A stretch of DNA of 64,000 nt from Eledone cirrhosa (Eukaryota): assembly GCA_964016885.1 (NCBI GenBank), contig OZ024742.1:100192001-100256000 (forward strand), given 5' to 3'. The notes under the pieces were generated by a model that saw only the letters and a list, made by a program, of their open reading frames with translations, was not told the DNA's origin and did not search any database. Of the stretch, positions 12,379-26,976 are shown one piece after another (within the stretch, counting starts at the first letter, position 1; every line of letters begins with the position of its first letter). The translations under genes and the position numbers were made by a program.

Positions 12379-13086
12379 GTGTGTGTGTGTGTGTGTATCT
12401 GTGTGTGCGTAGGGAAGGGTGAATACGTGTGTGTGTAGGAGATTACTTTTGTAGGACTATTTCATTCCTATGAAACATCGGCCGGAGATGCTCTTTTGCA
12501 TATACTAAAGGCACAAACATAGCGTGGTTCATCATAGGAGTGTATATGAAAACATATGTGAGTGAGTATATATATATATATATATATATATTTCGAATGG
12601 AAGAATTATCATGGGATTAACAGTCAACAGAAGGGTAGTGGTAGATAGACAATGGCAGGTAATTGGTTGCCAATCACATGATAATTCTTCCAATGGAAAT
12701 TATCACTGGTTGCGGATAACTTGGAAGAATTTTTCAAAGTTGAGATTTGAGAGATGAGATTTCTCACAGTACTCAAATACTCCGATTACTGGTATTACTC
12801 AGCGAAACTGCAGTCGGAACATCAAAGTAAATAGGTTAAGACTTCTTTTTTATCTTGTTTACTTTTCCCCAATATAATTTATATATAATAAAAACTTTAA
12901 AGGAATTTCAAATTTCAGACCTTTGTCACTTTATTTAATCTTTGACTCCGCCCACACACCACCAACAGAATCTTACAGCAAAGATGATTGAGTTGCATCA
13001 CGTTGAGTGCTTTTCATACTATTGCATCATGGAATGAAAAGTTCTATCCAGTAGTAAACCAACAACTTCAATGAATATATGTGTGC

Positions 13087-13143
<57 letters not shown>

Positions 13144-13370
13144 ACATAGGATAGTATAGTCTATGTTCAAACATAAACGGTTTTGATCGTGAATTGAGAA
13201 TTCCCATTTCCCTATAGAAAAGGTATAAGCTTGACCGTAGTGCAGTATGTCATATAAAAATATCAAAACTCTACTTTCTCTAAGTACTGTGTACATTTTC
13301 TAAAGTATTGAGGTGAATAATTGTCTTACTAGTCTTAATCGGAAACATCTTATCTCCCTCTATATACGCC

Positions 13371-13458
<88 letters not shown>

Positions 13459-13593
13459 GAGAGAAACAGAGAGAGAAAGAGAAAGAAAGATAATGCGTAT
13501 ATATCATATAAATATGTATGTTTGTGTAATAATATCTAATGTATATTGAAATACGTATATGTATTAGATCAGCCAGCCCGTATAAGCCTATGT

Positions 13594-13663
<70 letters not shown>

Positions 13664-13672
13664 ATATATATA

Positions 13673-13746
<74 letters not shown>

Positions 13747-14734
13747 CATATACATATATATTTATTTATACATATGTATACACACACATATACGTGTTTG
13801 TGTGTCTGTGTGTGTGTGTGTGTGTGTGTTTATGTATGTGCGTGCGTGTATATAAGTGTATTCGTGCTAATATCTATTTTAGCGTGTATGTATGTGAGTA
13901 TGTGAGTGTGCGCAAGTAAGTATAGGCTTGTGCATATTTGTGAAATGTGTCGTGAGCGAATATGTTCATTTGTGATGTCTCAATTCTCCGCATGATACGA
14001 TAATAAAATCAAATATCACATGAAGAGATAAAAGTGATATTAAACAGGATGATCTCACAGCGCAGACTATGATAGACGCTAGAACATATTAAAATGGCCG
14101 CCAATGCAATCAATGGTCGCCGAGATTTAGTAGGCGACGTGGCAAGTGAATTTAGTGATATCAATTGACGTAATAAAATACGTATTAACTATTACTGATG
14201 ATGATATATCGAGGATATTGCACATAGCATAGCATACATAACTTGGTTAAGGAAGATATCATATGAGAGAATGAATATTATTATTGTTATTGTGACTGTT
14301 TGTTTCCTCACTGCGTCGCCCATGCGGCATTAATAAAAAAATATCATCATCATTATCGTTACCATCATCATCATCATTAGCATTATGATCCAAGATGTTG
14401 TCATCAGAACCATAACCATCCCCATCCCCATCAACATCACCATCACCATCACCACCACCATCCCCATCACCATCACCATCACCATCGTCATTATCATTAT
14501 TATTATCTCTCATAGTCTTGTATAGAGTTACAGCATGTGGAAAGATATCACAGTAATCTGGAATAGAAATACTCTCTTCCTCTCTCTCCTCTCCTCTCCC
14601 TCCTCTCCACTCTCTATTTCTCCCTCTCTCACATACACATAAAGGTATGTGTCTGTATACGTATATATGTGTATATATGTCTATATGCGCATATATGTAT
14701 ATACATACATATATATATATACATATATATATAC

Positions 14735-14813
<79 letters not shown>

Positions 14814-15166
14814 TGTATGCGCATATGTCTGTATATATATATATGCGTGTAGAATATGAAGTGTATTTAGAATTATATGGATATTTTTGCATAAGGATAT
14901 GATTATATGCATATTCTATCAAATCCACACACACCACGATAATGCTAGCATATATATATATATATATATATAACTTCTGCATATATATATATATTTATAC
15001 ATACATTCATACAACATATACGTATAGTATTTTAATGAAGAATGTGTTTGTGTGTAGCAGTGCCTGTGTGTGTCTAAATTTAAATGTATATATATGCATA
15101 TATATATATATATGTGTGTGTGTGCGTGTGTGTGCGTGTGTGTGTGTGTGTGTGCGTGTGCGTGTG

Positions 15167-15249
<83 letters not shown>

Positions 15250-15559
15250 ATATATGCAATGTGGTCAAGACAAAAATGATTGCCACATTATGATATAATG
15301 CTAGTGAGCGGGCGTGGGTGAGGTATGGAAATAATTCTACTTAATTCAGTTGAAATGTTGAAATGCAGACTAATAGCTGAATTGGATGGGAATCGGTTAA
15401 GACTTTCAAATGCATATTATTGGTCCTTTAACATTACCAACTCTGATATCACCCAATTAAGAGACATCCAAAGAGAGAGAGAAATAAAGAGAGAGAGGTG
15501 GTGGGAGAGAAAGAGAGGGAGAGAGACTCAGACTCACATTAAGAGAAATGGATTTGCAC

Positions 15560-15609
<50 letters not shown>

Positions 15610-15905
15610 TTCTTTATTAGCCACAAGGGCGCAACAAGAAAGGGGACAATACAAAGACATGCCGGGGATTTTACATACAGTCGTGTAAAAAATATAAAAA
15701 CAAACAATTTCAACAATCGAAATCCCCAATAGGGGGGAGGCGCCACAAATGGGTTGTTTAATACCCCGTCGATAGAACAACCCTCAACTCAAGGAGCGTG
15801 TTGTGCAAGTGCTCCTTTCTTCCTTTTGCTCTCTTCCTCAACCTACAGGCTTATAAACAGAGAAGGCCCAATCACTCGGGCCATTTTCGCTTCATTCACC
15901 CACCT
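15610..15905 (-). mobile_element. 3' end fragment of a Tx1/L1-type LINE abutting (GATA)n
   Basis: 15830-15905 matches 61330-61403 (ttcctcaacctacaggct...agaaggccca.tcactcgggccatt). The minus strand ends aataaagaa-(TCTA)n. Confidence 0.8.
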
Positions 15906-16049
15906 GATAGAAAGATAACCGTCAAAATTCTTAAATGTCTTCGAGATAGGATTTTATTGATCATTGGATGGTGTTTGGCTGAGGTACCGAGTATTAGAAA
16001 GGACGTCATCATCGTTGTTGTTGGTGGTGGTAGTGGTAGACGCAGGTAA

Positions 16050-16320
16050 CCCAGTTTGTGCAAACCTAGTGGTTACGGTGTTCAGCTTACGGTCGTAATG
16101 TCGTGGGTTCGTGTACTGGACCGAGTGGTGTGTTTTGGCGTGATCGGAAACATTTCATTTTACTTTGCTCCTATCTACTCAGCTGAAAATAAGGACCAGG
16201 AGTAGCTGGGTTAATTTTACGACGGATTGGAGTCTTGTTATTTCTTGTACAGCTGCTTAACGCCAATGAATTCGGCATAAGATTCAGTCTGGTGAGCCTC
16301 CGGCTTTAGAACACACTTTT
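16050..16320 (+). mobile_element. Degraded SINE family 2 copy
   Basis: cgtaatgtcgtgggttcg...catttcattttactttgctcc..ctactcagctgaaaat matches the reverse complement of 11768-12058. Confidence 0.7.
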
Positions 16321-16845
16321 AAACCTTTTGTGTTTATTTCAACGCTGTCAATCCGCCATGTATATTTTGAGGCAATGTGTTTCTAGTAGTATATTGTCGC
16401 GTATGGTTTTTGTTTCTTTTACGATATTTGGCTGCTATTTCTAAACGTCACTCGACTACATAGAGGTTTCTCATTGGTTCATGTTGGATAATGTAAAGTG
16501 TGTTAGAGATGAAATGTATGTTTGTACAATGGTTGGTATTAACATAGTGGTTTCTGATGTGTATCGTTGGTTCTGTGGTGATGTACTTGAGTCATTGTTG
16601 TTATTGTATAGTCCCAGCCCTTATTAAGATGAAATGTCATCAAAGGTGTTCCAATCATGACCATCCTATTTCAACTGGGACCATGCCGCATTTCTCTATA
16701 TGTAAAAAGACCTAGGATCACATTATCTAATATTTACTTTTGTTAGATGAAGGGGTGCTGAAGCAATTTGACTGCTATTTCTATTAAGTCAAGCGAACAT
16801 GTAGAGGCTCCCTCGTTGTCTCCTGTTGTATTGGTATATGGTATA

Positions 16846-17040
16846 CGAGGGTCGAGGTAAAAGTTCATAGGCTGACCAAGATACTCTCATGGAACGAATA
16901 AATGAGGTTTAATTTTTTAACATAGTCCCGAGAAAGAAACAATTCAGTTATTAGTAAGAATAGTTGAAATTAATGCATAGAAAATTTCACAGCACTAGCA
17001 TCATTCATACTCAATCTATGAACTTTTCAGCCCACCCTCT
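16846..17040. mobile_element. Tc1/mariner-type MITE with TA flanks
   Basis: TIRs ta-cgagggt.g...aaaagttcatag / ctatgaacttttcagcccaccctc.-ta; second copy at 21565-21762. Confidence 0.8.
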
Positions 17041-17679
17041 TATTTGGTGATTCAGTGGTGGGCGTAAGGGATCCAGCGGCGTAAATTATTGTCGTGGTGT
17101 GATGAGGTGTAGTCTGGTGAGGTGTAGTATCACTCATTCAGGGGTGCATATTGGTGTCGTGGTGTGCTGTGTGAGGAATGGTTCAAACAATTCATTAAAT
17201 TATTAGGTTTTCTTTTCTAAACAATGGTTCTATTTGTGCCGTGTCATTGATGTAAATGCACTTTAAGATTTATGATCGACAGACTCCCGTACACACAAAC
17301 ACAGCCTACAATTTACGACTAATTATTAAGGGATGTTGCTATAGCTGTAAATCATCGAAGAGAAGTTACAGCTAAATGATCTTTTGATTTGTGCAAATGG
17401 TTTTCCATGTTTGTCGTTTCAGGTGACCGATTAGCAGGTCAAAGGCACCAATATCATTGTAATCGGTGGTTGAGTCATCTGTAACTTGTAAACAATTAAG
17501 AGAATCATAGATTCAAACATGAGGCTGACACTAGAAGCATAACGACAATTTAGAGAGTAGATTCTTATAATTGGTTCTAATATAAGCACAAGGTCAGCGA
17601 TTTGTGGGGAGACGGCCCCGGGTGTATAAATGTAAAGTTGATTTCGGCAGAATTTGAACTCAGTATGTGAAAATGAAAA

Positions 17680-20060
17680 TCAATAAGGAAATAAGAAAGT
17701 TAATAAAAACTGAGGAAAATATAATTAGTTTTTACTATTTTTAATACTTCAAAATTAAGTGTAATTAATTTAATTCATGTGGTTTCGGTCAACGCGAAGG
17801 TATAGTAAAAGATACCTGAATATAAAATAAATAATTAGATGAAATATAAATATGTCCACAGTATCAAATGGTGATTTTACTGTGTTTTTAATGAAATTCA
17901 CTGCCTATAATAAAGAATTTGAAGAGATTTAGTACTTAACTAAATTATAACGAACGAAATAAATATATAACGTTATAGAAAGTCTATGAATAACGTGGAA
18001 ATAACATATTTAAAAAAATAATTGTTTCTACTTTTGGCACAAGGCCAGCAATTACTCCAGTGCATTACTGGTGCTTATTTTATAGACCCCGTAAGGATGA
18101 AAGGCAAAGGTAACCTCGAGAGGATTTGAACTCAGAACGTAAAGAACCATACCTCTATGCTGCAAAGCATGGTGTCTGACGCTCTACCGATGCTGCCAAT
18201 CACAAAAATAATAATGTAGTAAATAACGAATAGGCAATGGAATTAATAAATGAGGGATTATATAGTGAATTTGAACAGGGCTATATACCGATGTATAAAG
18301 AACTACAACATAACGAAATGAATGTATAACGATTTAAAAAGGAAATATATAACAAGAATATGTATATATAACGGACAAAATGAATTAAATAAAGAGAAAA
18401 ACAAATAACGAAACAGATGGCGACATAAATAACAAAATAAATAACGAAATATAGAATGTGTAAATAACGAAAAAGTATAAAATTTTGAAATAAGTAAAGA
18501 AATAACTAACGGTTTAAATAGTTAATGAAACAAATAACCAAATAAATAACTCACTGGATAACGAAATAAAAGAATTTATGGATATCGGAATAAATAAAGA
18601 AACATACAATGGAAAAGGTAACTTATGTAATAAATAATAACTTACATAATTGTTTCTACTTTTGGCACAAGGCCAGCAATTATCCCAGTGTATTACTGGT
18701 ACTTTATTTTATCGACCCCGAAGGATGAAAGGAAAAGTTACCTCGGCGGGATTTGAACTCAGAATGGCAAGGGCCGTAACTCTATGCGTCAAAGCATGGC
18801 GTCCGACCCCTATCGTTACTGCCAATCCACCACCTATGACATTTTATTAGTAATTAATAAATAAACCAAATTAATAAGGAATTAAATAACGAATAGCTAA
18901 AGATCTATACAGTTAAGAACAAAATTAATGTCGAAGTAAATAAACGAGTAAATAACTAATTATATAACGAAATATTAAAAAAGTAATTAATCAAATTTAT
19001 GAAATAAATAAATAACGAAATAGCTGAATTATTTAACAGATTAATTATTAAGCGATTAGATAACTAAATTAAAAATGAATTAAATAGATAGATACGAAAT
19101 AAATAACAAGCTAACTAATGAAATTTAAAAAATGATAAAATAACGAAATAAATAATTGTTTCTACAATAGGCTCAAGGCCAGCAATTATCCCAGTGTATT
19201 ACTGGTACTTTATTTTATCGACCCCCGTTAGGATGAAAGGCAAAGTTAACCGCATAGCTTCCGATCCTCTACTGGTACTGCCAATCCACTGCCCTAATAA
19301 CGAGTTAATTAATTAAATAAGAAATGAATAAATAACGAAATAAATAATTGTTTCTACTTTAGGCACAAGACCAGCAATTAACCAGTGCATTACTGGTACT
19401 TTATTTTATCGACCCCGTAAGGATGAAAGGCAAAGTCAACCTCGGCGGGATTTGAACTCAGATCGTAAAGGGACGTAACTATGCTGGAAAGCATGGCGTC
19501 CGACCCTCTACCGATACTGCCAAAAATAATGATTTAAATTTAGAATTTAAAATATTCATGAATATATAAGTAAGGACAGTATTAAGGCGTTAGAAGACGG
19601 ATGTCTAAATATAAAATAAATAACGGGCTGAATTACAAAATAAATACCGATTTAAATAATTGGTTCTACATTATGCTCAAGGCCAACAATTTGAGGGTAG
19701 GGGAAAGTCGATTAAATCGACCCCAGTGCGTGACTTTATTTTATCGACCCCGTAAGGATGAAAGGCAAAGTTATCCTCGGCGGGATTGGAACATAGACTG
19801 TAAAGGGCCGTAACTATATGCCACAAAGCATAGCGTCCGATCCTCTACTGGTACTGCCAATCCACTGCCCTAATAACGAGTTAAATAATTAAATAAGAAA
19901 TGAATAAATAACAAAATAAAATATAATTGACAAAATACAACAGAATATAAAACAATATATGTTTAACGAATTATATAAATGACAAATTACATATCGATAC
20001 GGAATAAATAACGGATTTAAAAATGAATTAAATAACGAAAATTAATAAATAAAGTATTAA
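17680..20060. repeat. AT-rich degenerate (taaataacgaaa)-like array containing five minus-strand SINE family 1 copies (~18018-18200, 18647-18832, 19152-19294, 19345-19522, 19657-19870)
   Basis: Recurrent aataacgaa motif; the SINE copies match those at 5514-6138. Confidence 0.8.
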
Positions 20061-21444
20061 ATACGAAAGCTTTGCCTTTCCCCAAATATGCTGGCCTTGC
20101 GCCTAAATTAGAAATCTATATTGGGATTAGGTGTGGTAGATTGGTTCAACTGTTAGAACGTAGGAGAAATGATTAGGAGTATTTGTTACATTTCTTTACA
20201 TTCTGAGTTCAAATGTCACCGAGGTCCACTTTGCTATTCATCATTTCGCGGTAGCTAAACTAAAGTACCTATCAATCACTAATGTCGATATTATCGACAT
20301 TCCTTTTCCCATCATTTGCTGGCCTTGCGCCAAAACTAGAAGCTTTTAAGGGTGGTGGATTAACAAAGTTCAAATCCCACCAAGGTAAATTTGCCTCTCA
20401 TCTTTACAGTTAATTGCTAGGTTTGATATAATCAACTCCCCACTTCCCCCAAATTTGTGCCAACGTTAAAAAAAATTATTACTTTTACTACTACGACTGT
20501 CTCCTGTAGTATGTAGGACATATGTCTCTTACTCTCTATTTTTCTCTTCTCCCAAGTGTGTATGTTTCTTTATTTTCATTGTTAATGCCATTTCTCATGT
20601 TAATTTTTTTGTGTGTGTTTTTTTTCTGTCCTGCTCGTGATAAAAAATCGTATGTATCGCTTAATATGTTTTTATTTGCTATTTCCCTCTTTCGTTTTTT
20701 TTTCTACGGTTTCCTTGTTATTTCATTTTATTTTTTCCTCACTCTTTCTGCTTCTTAATTGTGTCCAATCTTCTGGCCCCAACACTTTTCGTTGACAGTC
20801 GACGAATCAATGCCAATTCGCATTATACAGTCAATATTTTTATTTCAACTTCTAAAATAACCACCTCAACAAACAATAAGACATTACGCACAAAGAAAAT
20901 GGAATTCTTTTGTTGTTTGGGGGTTTTGTTGGATTCTGTTAACATTATTGTTATTATTGTTATTATTATTATGTTCTCTATTATATTTCTATGTCTATGT
21001 TTTTTTTTTTTTGTTATTTCTTTTACTCCATCGGAGACATGTCAGTCATGAGAGCAAACAAGACGACACCTACGTACGTATGAGAATGACGGTGACAATG
21101 AAGACTTGTGGAGGAAGGTGGAGGGGGAGAATGGAAAAAGAAAAATGATAAAGTTGGTGATTGAGATAACGATAGAAATGGCGATGATGTTGATAAGGTG
21201 GAGGAGGAAGAGTGAGAGAAGGGCTACAAGGATCAAAATGCTGTGCATAGTAATGTTGTTGATAATGATGATGGGGAGGAGGAGGAGGAGGAAGTGACGG
21301 AAGGGAGGAGGGGGGTAAATGAGATAAACAAGAGAAGTACATACAATGTGCAACAACAAGAAGTGGATAAAAAATCAGCTGGAGACGTTGAGACGATATC
21401 TCAGCAGAATGGTCACTTATTAAATTTCTTGGAGTACAAATACA

Positions 21445-22052
21445 CACTGCACTTGTAGTAAAACGTATTGCACTTGTAGTTATACATATTGCACTTGCGA
21501 TTATACATCTTGCACTTGTAGTACTGCATATTGCACTTATAGTACTGCATATTGTAGTACTGTTCGAGAGTCGACTGAAAGGTTCATAGGCTGACCAAGA
21601 TACTCTCATGGAATGACCAAATGAGGTTTATTTTTCAACATAGTCCCTGGAAAGAAACAATGCACTTGTTAATAAGAAGTGTTGAAATGAATACATAAAA
21701 GATTTCACAGCTCTAACATATCTCCTTCACAGTCAGCCTATGAAATGTTCAGCTAACCCTCGTATATTGTAAGTATAGTATTGTACTTACAGTGTTACAC
21801 ACCTTATTGCGCTTGTAATATTCCATATCTTACTTGTAGTACTACATATTGTACTTGTAGAATTACATATATTGCAATTGTAGTACTACATATTGTACAT
21901 TTAGAAGTAAATATGTTGCAATTCCAGTATTATAAAGTATACTTGAAGTACTATATATTGTACTTATAATATTACATATCGTACTTGTAGTATTAGATAT
22001 TGTACATGTATTAATACATATAGTACTCGTACTTAATATTCCACTTGTAGTG
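21445..22052. repeat. Degenerate 21-bp minisatellite (gcacttgtagtactgcatatt) interrupted by a MITE
   Basis: 21-bp periodicity is visible at 21450-21555 and continues from 21765 to 22052. Confidence 0.8.
21565..21762. mobile_element. Second copy of the mariner-type MITE
   Basis: Shares gttcataggctgaccaagatactctcatggaa and the TIRs with 16846-17040. Confidence 0.8.
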
Positions 22053-23350
22053 TTCAGAGCCGTCAACTGGGTATTTAGCGCCTTAGGATTTCTTAAAAAT
22101 GTGTACTACTTTCTTCCAGTTGTTACAGACTTCATTCTCCCAAATAAATTAATTTCAACTTACAGTTTGGTAAAGTAACAAACAAGATTTTTAACACTTC
22201 TTCCTCTCACTAAAAGTAGTAAATTACTAAGCCTTTTTTTCCATTATACAGTCTATACATACCTGGCCACATCTTCTGGCAAGTCATTATACCATAAAAC
22301 TTTCTCCATCGCTCTGGGTATTTCTATACCGCTGCTATGCTGTAAAGATGTTTAACGATTTATTTATTAAGTAGAAGATAATGTTAATGGTACATGTTTG
22401 TATAAAACTGGTATTTTTAAGTTTCAGTAATGCGCCTTTCTGGGGCCTGGCCTTCCCTATCAAATTCCCTACTTCCAAAGAATTTTTCAACTTCCAAATA
22501 ATTTCCCCCAGAAGATAGAATTTCTTCCAATATTGGTTGTCTTAATTTATCGAGATAATTAGTATTCTTAATTTCAGAAACTGCAGTTAGAAACCTTATA
22601 TGAGTGAAACTGAATTACTTTAGTTTGTCTAACGTTTATTCCTCACAAACGAGATTATGGCTTAAGTTAAATGTGTTTAAATGCTTCTCTGATTTGATGT
22701 TGATCTTTTCATTGAGATTTCTAAGTATATTAGAGATAAATAACTTTCTGAATGATATTTGCTACTCTTTGATTGCTGAGTACATTTAGATGGGTTTTGG
22801 GGACTGGTATTTCTAGATTCATTAAAATCTTGTCGATTTTCCGCATATATAGAAAGAGATATGTTCAGTTACTAGTTTAATGACGTTGAAACATACATAG
22901 TTATGTTTTTGGAAGAACTTGCTGCCAATAGGCACTATACACATTGAGTTTCACTTCGGCTTTATTATTATCCAGGTAAGTAATTCGTTCCACAGTTAGT
23001 TTACTAACTGAATTGTTATTTAATTGTCAAAACTCTTTCGTCACACATTCTGTGGCCATCTAAATGACTATTCTGGCTCTATTATTGCTTCTCTTACTGT
23101 TAATTTCCTTTAACTTATTCCTTCTCTCCTACACACATACACACATGTGTATGTGTGTATGTGTGTGTGTGTGAACAAAAAGTACACACACACGTATAAT
23201 ATCTATATACACACATACATACATAATATCTATGTACATGCATATACATATATAATACATATATATGTACGTATCAGCATATGTACATACTTACACACAT
23301 ACAGAAAACATACATATATACAAACAAACATACATACATACATACATACA

Positions 23351-23380
<30 letters not shown>

Positions 23381-23381
<1 letters not shown>

Positions 23382-26192
23382 TTAAAAACCAAAATTTTGT
23401 CCCTGAGACGAAGTATCTCACACATCGCAGTCGTTATGAAATGCAACATAGAGAGAAACTTCACACGACACCAGGAAGACCTAAAGAAAAAGTTAGAGAG
23501 ACGATTTGGAGATACCAAATTTAAAACTTTGAACTCCAAATTACACCAGTTGAAACAACAACTCACAGCTACAACAGAAAGACTAAAATATAAGTCAACA
23601 GCCCATAAACGACAAGTGCTAAATAGATTGTTTGCCAGAGATCCTAAATCAGTTTATCGCAGCTTCGGTGGCAAAAGCTCAATCCCTGTAAACGACACCC
23701 CTTCAAAAGAACAGGTTGAGAACTACTGGAGATCTGTATGGGAAACGGATGACGGATTCAACAGACAAGCTAATTGGCTAAAACAACTGGAACAGGACTA
23801 CTGCCAACATGTCCGGACAAAACAATATGACATAGATGGGTCAATACTGGAAACAGCTCTACAGAAAATGTCGAATAGGAAATCGCCAGGCCCAGACCTC
23901 ATTACAGGATACTGGTTGAAGAATTTCACTTTCTATCGGCAAGATCTCATACGGCTGTTTACAGAAACCATTAAGGGCACACAAGAACTGCCCAGATGGT
24001 TATCAACTGCCACTACTCTCCTCATTCCAAAAAATAGCCAAACCACCCTTGCTAAAAATTACCGCCCAATTGCCTGCCAAAACATCATGTATAAATTATA
24101 TACTGGGTGCCTTAACCTGTTCTTACAGGATCACTGTGCTACCAACAACATCATAACACCTGAGCAAGCTGGTGGAAAGAGGGAGGTGTGGGGTTGCATA
24201 GATCACCTACTAACTAACAAAATGATTCAGGAAAAAACAACAAAGAATCGCAGAAACATGACTGTCGTGTGGCTGGACTATCAAAAAGCATTTGATAGTG
24301 TACCTCATGGGTGGATTATTAAGGCTTTACAGTTAGCTAAAGTCCCACAACCATTAGTAGCTGCTGTTGAACGCCTGACCAAGAACTGGTACACCAATTT
24401 GATCCTTAGAGGTGAGAAGGAGCAGGTTAAGACTGATAGGATACATTACCAGAAGGGCATCTTTCAGGGTGATAGCTTGTCAGTACTACTCTTCGTTCTC
24501 TCACTGAATCCACTATCTTACCTACTCAGGAAACAAGGTGGACAAAGAAGTGGGCCCAGAAGTATCTCCCATCTTTTCTTTGTTGATGACCTGAAGTTGT
24601 ATGGGCCAAATATCAATGACATCAAGAAACAATTGGACCTCATTACACAATTTTCAACCGACATCAAAATGAAATTTGGTGAGTCCGAGTGTGCATATTT
24701 GGCAGTAAAACGTGGAAGAGCTGTGCCCTCCTCTAGAAATCTAGATATGAACGGCCTGACAATACAACCTCTGCAGTCAGGTGACAACTACAGATATCTT
24801 GGACAGGATGAGAATGTCAGATATGATGGACCCATAAATAAGGAGAGAACCAGAACTTAATACCTCAGAAGAGTAAAAAAAATATGGTCATCAGAACTGT
24901 CAGCATACAACAAATACATTGCCCACAATACCTATGCTGTGCCAATTCTAACGCCAACATTTGGCCTACTGAACTGGTCATTGCAAGAACTAAGTGAGAT
25001 GGATGTTAGAACTCGTAAACTTCTCAGTGTTACTGGGAACTTTAACATCAATGGTGATGTGGATAGGCTATACTTCTCACGCAAGGAAGGTGGCCGGGGT
25101 CTAAAATCAATATTAACAACATATGAGACCCGGATAGTAACACTGAAGCAACACCTTCAACAGAGGAAAAAGGTTGGCGACCATCTTGCTCAGGTTTATG
25201 AGCATGAAAAAAGAAATATCATTAGAATAGCGACTGATCTGGAGGAGAGATATGGAATAAAGCCTGATAAAAATCTCTCACCCAGAGAAATCGGAAGATC
25301 CTATTCAATGTTTAAACAAGAAAATAAAATTGACCAATTTACAGAGAAAGTTGTGCATGGATACTTGAGGCGTAAAACACAGACCATAGAGGGGATAAAC
25401 CACTCAAAAAGCCTGGCATGGAGTTCCGACAAGTTTATGACATCACACCTTGAGGGATATCTCTATGCAATACAGGAACAAGAACTCCCTACCAAATATC
25501 TGCTGCACAAAAGAGGAGGGCCAGCAGCTGACAATAAATGTAGGCTATGTAAAACAAAGATCAAGGATGTAAGCCACATTGTTGCCAGCTGCGAAAGAAT
25601 GTCATCTCGCTACTACCTCCCCATGAGACACAATGGGATAGCTAGAACTATCTGGAACGCACTTCGGAAAACAAAATTAACAACAAACGAGGAAGAATAT
25701 ATTGAGACAGATGGCACTAAGGAATACTGGTGGAACCTGAAAATAAAAACTGCCACCAAATTAAAGCACAACCGGCCTGATATTGTAGTTTGGGACCACA
25801 CATTGAAAACGTGTTCTGTTGTGGAGATCAGCTGCCCACTTGATGTAAACGTTGTCAGAAAAATACAGGAGAAGGAGGACATCTACGGACCATTGATGAG
25901 GAGCTTACAAATCCAGTATCCAAGATACACCTTTAGCTTCATACCCATCATTATTGGTGCTACGGGTTATATACCAACCCGCTTGGACCAAAGTATGACC
26001 GAACTTGGATTTGCGGACAAAAAGCGCAGCTCCCTAATTCATAGTCTACAAATGGCTGCGATAGCTGGCACCTTCAAAATATGCAAAACATTCTTGCGAT
26101 TCAAGGGATGACAATTTCTTTTCTTTTACAACCTTGCCACCAGGAAGGTGGCCGGTCAAAAAAATATACTCGAAATTAAGAGAAAGAGAAAA
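23381..26192 (+). mobile_element. R4/Dong-clade RLE LINE family A, 5'-truncated, in (CATA)n
   Basis: ORFs 23265-24860 and 24939-26111 share one frame, broken only by TAA at 24858-24860. RT motifs SPGPDLI, YRPIAC, WLDYQKAFDSVPH, IFQGDSLS, LFFVDDLKL; CCHC CRLC..DVSHIVASC; RHN; RLE RPDIVVWD..VEISCP. (CATA)n on both sides. Confidence 0.93.
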
Positions 26193-26214
26193 CATACATA
26201 CATACATACATACA

Positions 26215-26245
<31 letters not shown>

Positions 26246-26303
26246 GTACGTATGTACCTACATACATATATACATACATACATACATACATACATACATA
26301 CAT

Positions 26304-26861
26304 GGTGGCTGCGAACTCGTTTTGGAGTACGGCCACTACTTTATATCCATGTAGGAGAACTCCTACCAATGCGCTGAACGAGTGTGACTTTTTAGTCCAG
26401 CCAGCAACTTGAAAACTCTGGTACAAACATTACACTTGTGACAATTATTGACACATAGTGCTGGGCCCATGGTACCATGTGACGACAAGTGCAGAGAGAT
26501 CACCAGATATAAAGCAATGCCTGTGCCATGAAGCTTTTATAGTGAGCAAAGGCACTGCACAAAGCCAGTCGCACTCTCTTAACCAAGATGATATTTACCA
26601 AAAAGAAGAACAAGTCAACATCATTGGATACCATCAGAGTTTCAGGTGTTATATCATAGTTTTCATTCTCCTAGAATTCTGCCTTGACAAAGGCTAAGGG
26701 GTCATCTCTCCCGGTGATTTTGGATGGCCATTGACTCTTAAGAGCTCCTTTGTCCTTTGACAGGTTTTGTTTTTAGTCCTGCAGGATGTCCAAAGTCACC
26801 CTCCTCACCAAGAAACCTTGGTGGGGTTGCCAGTTTAGTCGACAACGACACGACCATGAGA
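26304..26861 (-). mobile_element. Non-autonomous RTE-derived element (RTE-like 5' UTR plus 3' end), copy 1
   Basis: ~560 bp, no ORF. Contains the RTE-like ctaggagaa.gaaaact motif and ends ...gagttcgcagccacc-(ATGT)n, like the RTE 3' ends at 41255 and 42875. Five near-identical copies. Confidence 0.75.
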
Positions 26862-26976
26862 CATATATACATACATACATACATACATACATACATACAT
26901 ACATACATACATACATACATACATAGATACATACATACATACATACATACATACATACATACATACATACATACAT

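Noticed and set aside
3041-15293. Many YI/CV/HT/YVCM-repeat ORFs (also throughout the window)
   Set aside because: Translations of (TA)n, (TG)n and (CATA)n microsatellites.
20760-21440. Host gene exon in non-repetitive sequence (also 9940-10200, 38100-38300, 47490-47990)
   Set aside because: No recognisable protein motif or paired splice sites; small exons cannot be excluded without RNA-seq.
22052-23065. Possible decayed hAT transposon
   Set aside because: One hAT-like terminus (cagagccgtc) and vague peptide similarity only; no partner TIR, TSD or clear motif.
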